Shown here: piece after piece, positions 60,986 to 64,000 of the stretch | How the letters are laid out: each line of letters opens with the position of its first letter | Numbering within the stretch: the first letter of the stretch is position 1 | Assembly: GCA_963677925.2 (NCBI GenBank) | Contig: CAXXYH010000003.1 | Span: 128,001 to 192,000 of the forward strand | Source: Spirochaetia bacterium | GTDB taxonomy: Bacteria > Spirochaetota > Spirochaetia > UBA9216 | Reading direction: 5' to 3' | DNA length: 64,000 bases | The notes under the pieces: generated by a model | Database searches by the model: none | What the model saw: only the letters and a program-made list of their open reading frames with translations | What the model was told of the DNA's origin: nothing | Translations under genes and position numbers: made by a program

Positions 60986-63203
60986 TTTCGCTCTTTTCTT
61001 TCTGATTGGGATACTCAATCCTCGTATGAAAACTACCGCCTAATATCTGAACAAATGAATTTTTAACAGTTTCGAGATCTTTAAATGTAAGGGCTGTATT
61101 TTTCATCTGACCGTGGCTCACTTTCTCCATTATGAGTTCCCACACGAATCTTTCAAGCTTTGCCATAGTAGGGTTTTTTAGAGTACGTGTAGCAGCCTCT
61201 ACAGTATCAGCCAGCATTACCACAGCAGCCTCACGGCTCACAGGAGGAGTCCCGTTATATGCAAAATCTTCAGGTGACAGTTTTTGATCCATTTTCTGCT
61301 CTTTCAGCGCTTTCATGTAAAAATAGCTGATTTGTCCGCTGCCGTGATGCTGCGAAATTATTTCCATTACGGCATCGGGAAGACCAAGCTCCTTCGCTTT
61401 TTCAAAACCGATTTTGACATGACTTTTAATAACTGCGGTTGAGAGTGTTGCCTTCAGATCATCATGCTTGTTGCCCTCTTTCTGATTCTCGATAAAATAC
61501 TCAGCCTGATCGATTTTTCCAATATCATGATAATAAGCGCCTACGCGTGCCAGAAGGGCATTGGCGCCAATCTCCTTAGCTGCAGTTTCAGCGAGATTCG
61601 CTACACTCACACTATGACTGTAGGTACCAGGTGCAAGAATAAGCATTCGCTTGAACAATGGAGTATTTAAATCCGAAAGCTCCATAAGTCTGAAAGGTGT
61701 GGGAGCGTTCAGCATATGTTCAAGTATGGGCAGCAGACCAAGAGTAAAAATACCGCACAGGAAGCCATTAACAATGGATACAAGCACAGCATTCAGATAC
61801 CATGAAGCTTCCATGCTCTGCAGGAGGCCGATAATTATAATTACTGAAGTATTCAGAAGAGATACAAATAATCCCGCTTTAACAAGGGTTATTCGATTTT
61901 CGGCACCATAAACGATTAGACTACCGAAAGCTCCTGAAAGAAATGTAAAAATAAAATTATAAATTTGATTTCCCGGCATGATTAAAATCGAAAGACTTAG
62001 AATAATTGAACTTATGATACCGACCCTCGTATTAATCATTATTGAAATCAGCATCGTAACAAGGGCAGTAGGAACAAAAGCTGAAAATATCATTCCTTCC
62101 TGAAGATTCAGATATCTGATGACCAGTGAAGAAGTTACTGAATACACGGCAAACAGTATGAGCATAAGAAAAAGCATATTGCGTATGGGCGTTCTTAATA
62201 AAATCGGGGGCTGTAGAAGCTTAACAGAAATAATGAACAGGAACAGAAGATATAAAAATCGACCTAAAAATACAGTTACATTTACCTTTTCAGAAAAAGA
62301 ACCTAATGCCTCAACTTTAATCATATTTTCTTCGGTAATGATAAAACCCTTCTTAACTATAACCTCGCCTTTCACCATTTTTTTTATAACAGGTTCTACC
62401 TGGTCTCTGGCTCTGGCCCTGTTTTTTTCAGTAAGTTCGGAATCATAAAAAGAATTTTCCTCTATGGCCCTTAAAACCAGCTCAACAGAGGTTTTAGTCT
62501 GCAGTTCGGTGAAGTTGGTGTCAATTAGTATCATCTCCACAGCTTTGGGAATGGTCCTGACGGTGACGGCATCATCCTGAAAAATAATTTCTCTTTCTTT
62601 TTCTCCATCACGCCATCGCAGAACTTCAATTGAGTCAGTGCTGTTTTTAAAGTTGTCCGGAATACTTGTAATTCCGGTAACCATCAATTGCTGTAAAACA
62701 CTCCTGATAGCATTCAAAAAACTGTCCGGTTCTTTAATAAGGTATAGATCGGCTACTGTCTTTTCATCAAGATATCCTGGAAGTTCCGATTGGATTTCCA
62801 GAAAAACCTCTTCCGGCAATTTCCCCTGTGAATAAAAACTCAGATATGAATTGACCATTGAATCAAAGGTAGTCATCACACGCTCAGTAATACTGTCTGA
62901 AACAGTGAAAACCGGCTCTACAAGAAGAGCTTCTGCCTGACGTTTAAGTTCGGTAGCCTTGCTGTCTACATACTCCAAATCCCTATCGACAATAAGATCC
63001 CGTTCAGCGACCTTGCCAAGTTCATAATCGGAGAGCTTTACTCCAGCTGTAAGTATACCGTTATTGGCTATAAGGACTACCGACAGGTAATAAATAATTA
63101 TAAGAGCCAAAACTGCTAAAGCGAGTATTCTGTCTGAAAAAATTCCTGAAAAATTTTTGAAAAAATGCTGAGATTTAACTCTGTTTTTATCCGTGTTTTT
63201 CAT
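60978..63203 (-). CDS. 7TM-HD family phosphohydrolase (PgpH-like c-di-AMP phosphodiesterase)
   Basis: 7TMR-HDED extracellular domain, 7 TM helices, APGTY.HS, YYHDIGK, QHHG, MLAD.VEA. Confidence 0.88.
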   Translation of the reverse strand: MKNTDKNRVKSQHFFKNFSGIFSDRILALAVLALIIIYYLSVVLIANNGILTAGVKLSDYELGKVAERDLIVDRDLEYVDSKATELKRQAEALLVEPVFTVSDSITERVMTTFDSMVNSYLSFYSQGKLPEEVFLEIQSELPGYLDEKTVADLYLIKEPDSFLNAIRSVLQQLMVTGITSIPDNFKNSTDSIEVLRWRDGEKEREIIFQDDAVTVRTIPKAVEMILIDTNFTELQTKTSVELVLRAIEENSFYDSELTEKNRARARDQVEPVIKKMVKGEVIVKKGFIITEENMIKVEALGSFSEKVNVTVFLGRFLYLLFLFIISVKLLQPPILLRTPIRNMLFLMLILFAVYSVTSSLVIRYLNLQEGMIFSAFVPTALVTMLISIMINTRVGIISSIILSLSILIMPGNQIYNFIFTFLSGAFGSLIVYGAENRITLVKAGLFVSLLNTSVIIIIGLLQSMEASWYLNAVLVSIVNGFLCGIFTLGLLPILEHMLNAPTPFRLMELSDLNTPLFKRMLILAPGTYSHSVSVANLAETAAKEIGANALLARVGAYYHDIGKIDQAEYFIENQKEGNKHDDLKATLSTAVIKSHVKIGFEKAKELGLPDAVMEIISQHHGSGQISYFYMKALKEQKMDQKLSPEDFAYNGTPPVSREAAVVMLADTVEAATRTLKNPTMAKLERFVWELIMEKVSHGQMKNTALTFKDLETVKNSFVQILGGSFHTRIEYPNQKEKSENE

Positions 63204-64000
63204 ACGCCTGTATTATCTGTCTGACTATTTTTTTTCTGACTACATCTTTTGTGTCAAAATAGTTAAACGAGATACCTTCTATATCTTTTAGAATTGAAGA
63301 TGCATGGATCAAACCTGATTCCATGCCTTTAGGCAGGTCCGTCTGCGTAACATCACCGGTTATAACAGCCTGAGAACCCTCTCCTATTCGAGTCAGGAAC
63401 ATTTTCATCTGTGTTTTCGTTGTGTTCTGAGCTTCATCAAGGATGATAAAGCTGTCGGTAAGACTTCGACCTCTCATATATGCGAGCGGAGCGATCTCTA
63501 TCAGACGGTTCTCTTCCATCCTTGTTATGACTTCGTAGGGAAGAAATGAGTCCATTGCATCGTATATGGGTTTCAGATAGGGACTAAGCTTCTGAGTAAG
63601 ATCACCAGGCAGAAATCCGAGACTTTCACCTGCCTCAACCACTGGTCTGGTTATAATTATACGCCGCTTTTTTTTAGAGAGAACATCGCTTAGCGCCGAG
63701 GCTACGGCAAGATATGTTTTTCCTGTTCCTGCCGGTCCAATACCGAAAACAACTTCATTTTTCTCTATATTCTGTATATAAGCTGCCTGATGCGAGTTTC
63801 TGGGGAAGATTTTTTTCCCTCCCGGGACATTTATTATTTTATTCGCAAAGAGTTCACGTTCATCTGCCGTATCATTTGTAAGCGTCTCATATACTTCAGA
63901 AACAAGACGAGGGTCTACAACACGTCCGCTTTTAATACAGTTTCTCAAAGAATCGACAAGCTGTCTGAAAGCCTCCTGTTTAGTCTGCTCATCAGAATCA
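63187..64000 (-). CDS. phoH: PhoH-family ATPase (5' end truncated by window)
   Basis: GPAGTGKT, RPVVEAGESLGFLPG, YMRGR, DEAQN. The frame stays open to the window edge. Confidence 0.93.
   Translation of the reverse strand, partial: DSDEQTKQEAFRQLVDSLRNCIKSGRVVDPRLVSEVYETLTNDTADERELFANKIINVPGGKKIFPRNSHQAAYIQNIEKNEVVFGIGPAGTGKTYLAVASALSDVLSKKKRRIIITRPVVEAGESLGFLPGDLTQKLSPYLKPIYDAMDSFLPYEVITRMEENRLIEIAPLAYMRGRSLTDSFIILDEAQNTTKTQMKMFLTRIGEGSQAVITGDVTQTDLPKGMESGLIHASSILKDIEGISFNYFDTKDVVRKKIVRQIIQAYEKHG

Overview
AT-rich, gene-dense chromosomal segment from a spirochaete, probably a free-living Spirochaetales member. The assignment rests on cfpA, a pallilysin-related lipoprotein, a TP0733-type OMP and Treponema-like gene order. 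From left to right it carries: an integron integrase with a candidate SOS box and attI-like repeats at the window edge; a complete V/A-type ATPase operon; a DUF134/twin MinD-4Fe-4S/NifX operon; purB-guaB-purA-guaA; the cfpA locus; vWA-DHH-pallilysin-like genes; miaB/LCP/split purH; a ~1700-aa secreted repeat protein; and housekeeping genes (htrA, map, nusB, surA-like, secG, tpiA-pgk-gap, corC-ybeY-HD-phoH). The most notable observation is the cfpA operon. Its 'PPDK' has lost the ATP-grasp catalytic residues but keeps the phospho-His and PEP-binding sites. The gene between it and cfpA ends in an HPr-like domain, and CfpA ends in an H1-like/AT-hook tail. Together these suggest an Enzyme I/HPr-like PEP phosphorelay coupled to the spirochaete cytoplasmic filament, which is an inference needing structural and biochemical tests. 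No rRNA, tRNA or CRISPR array was seen.
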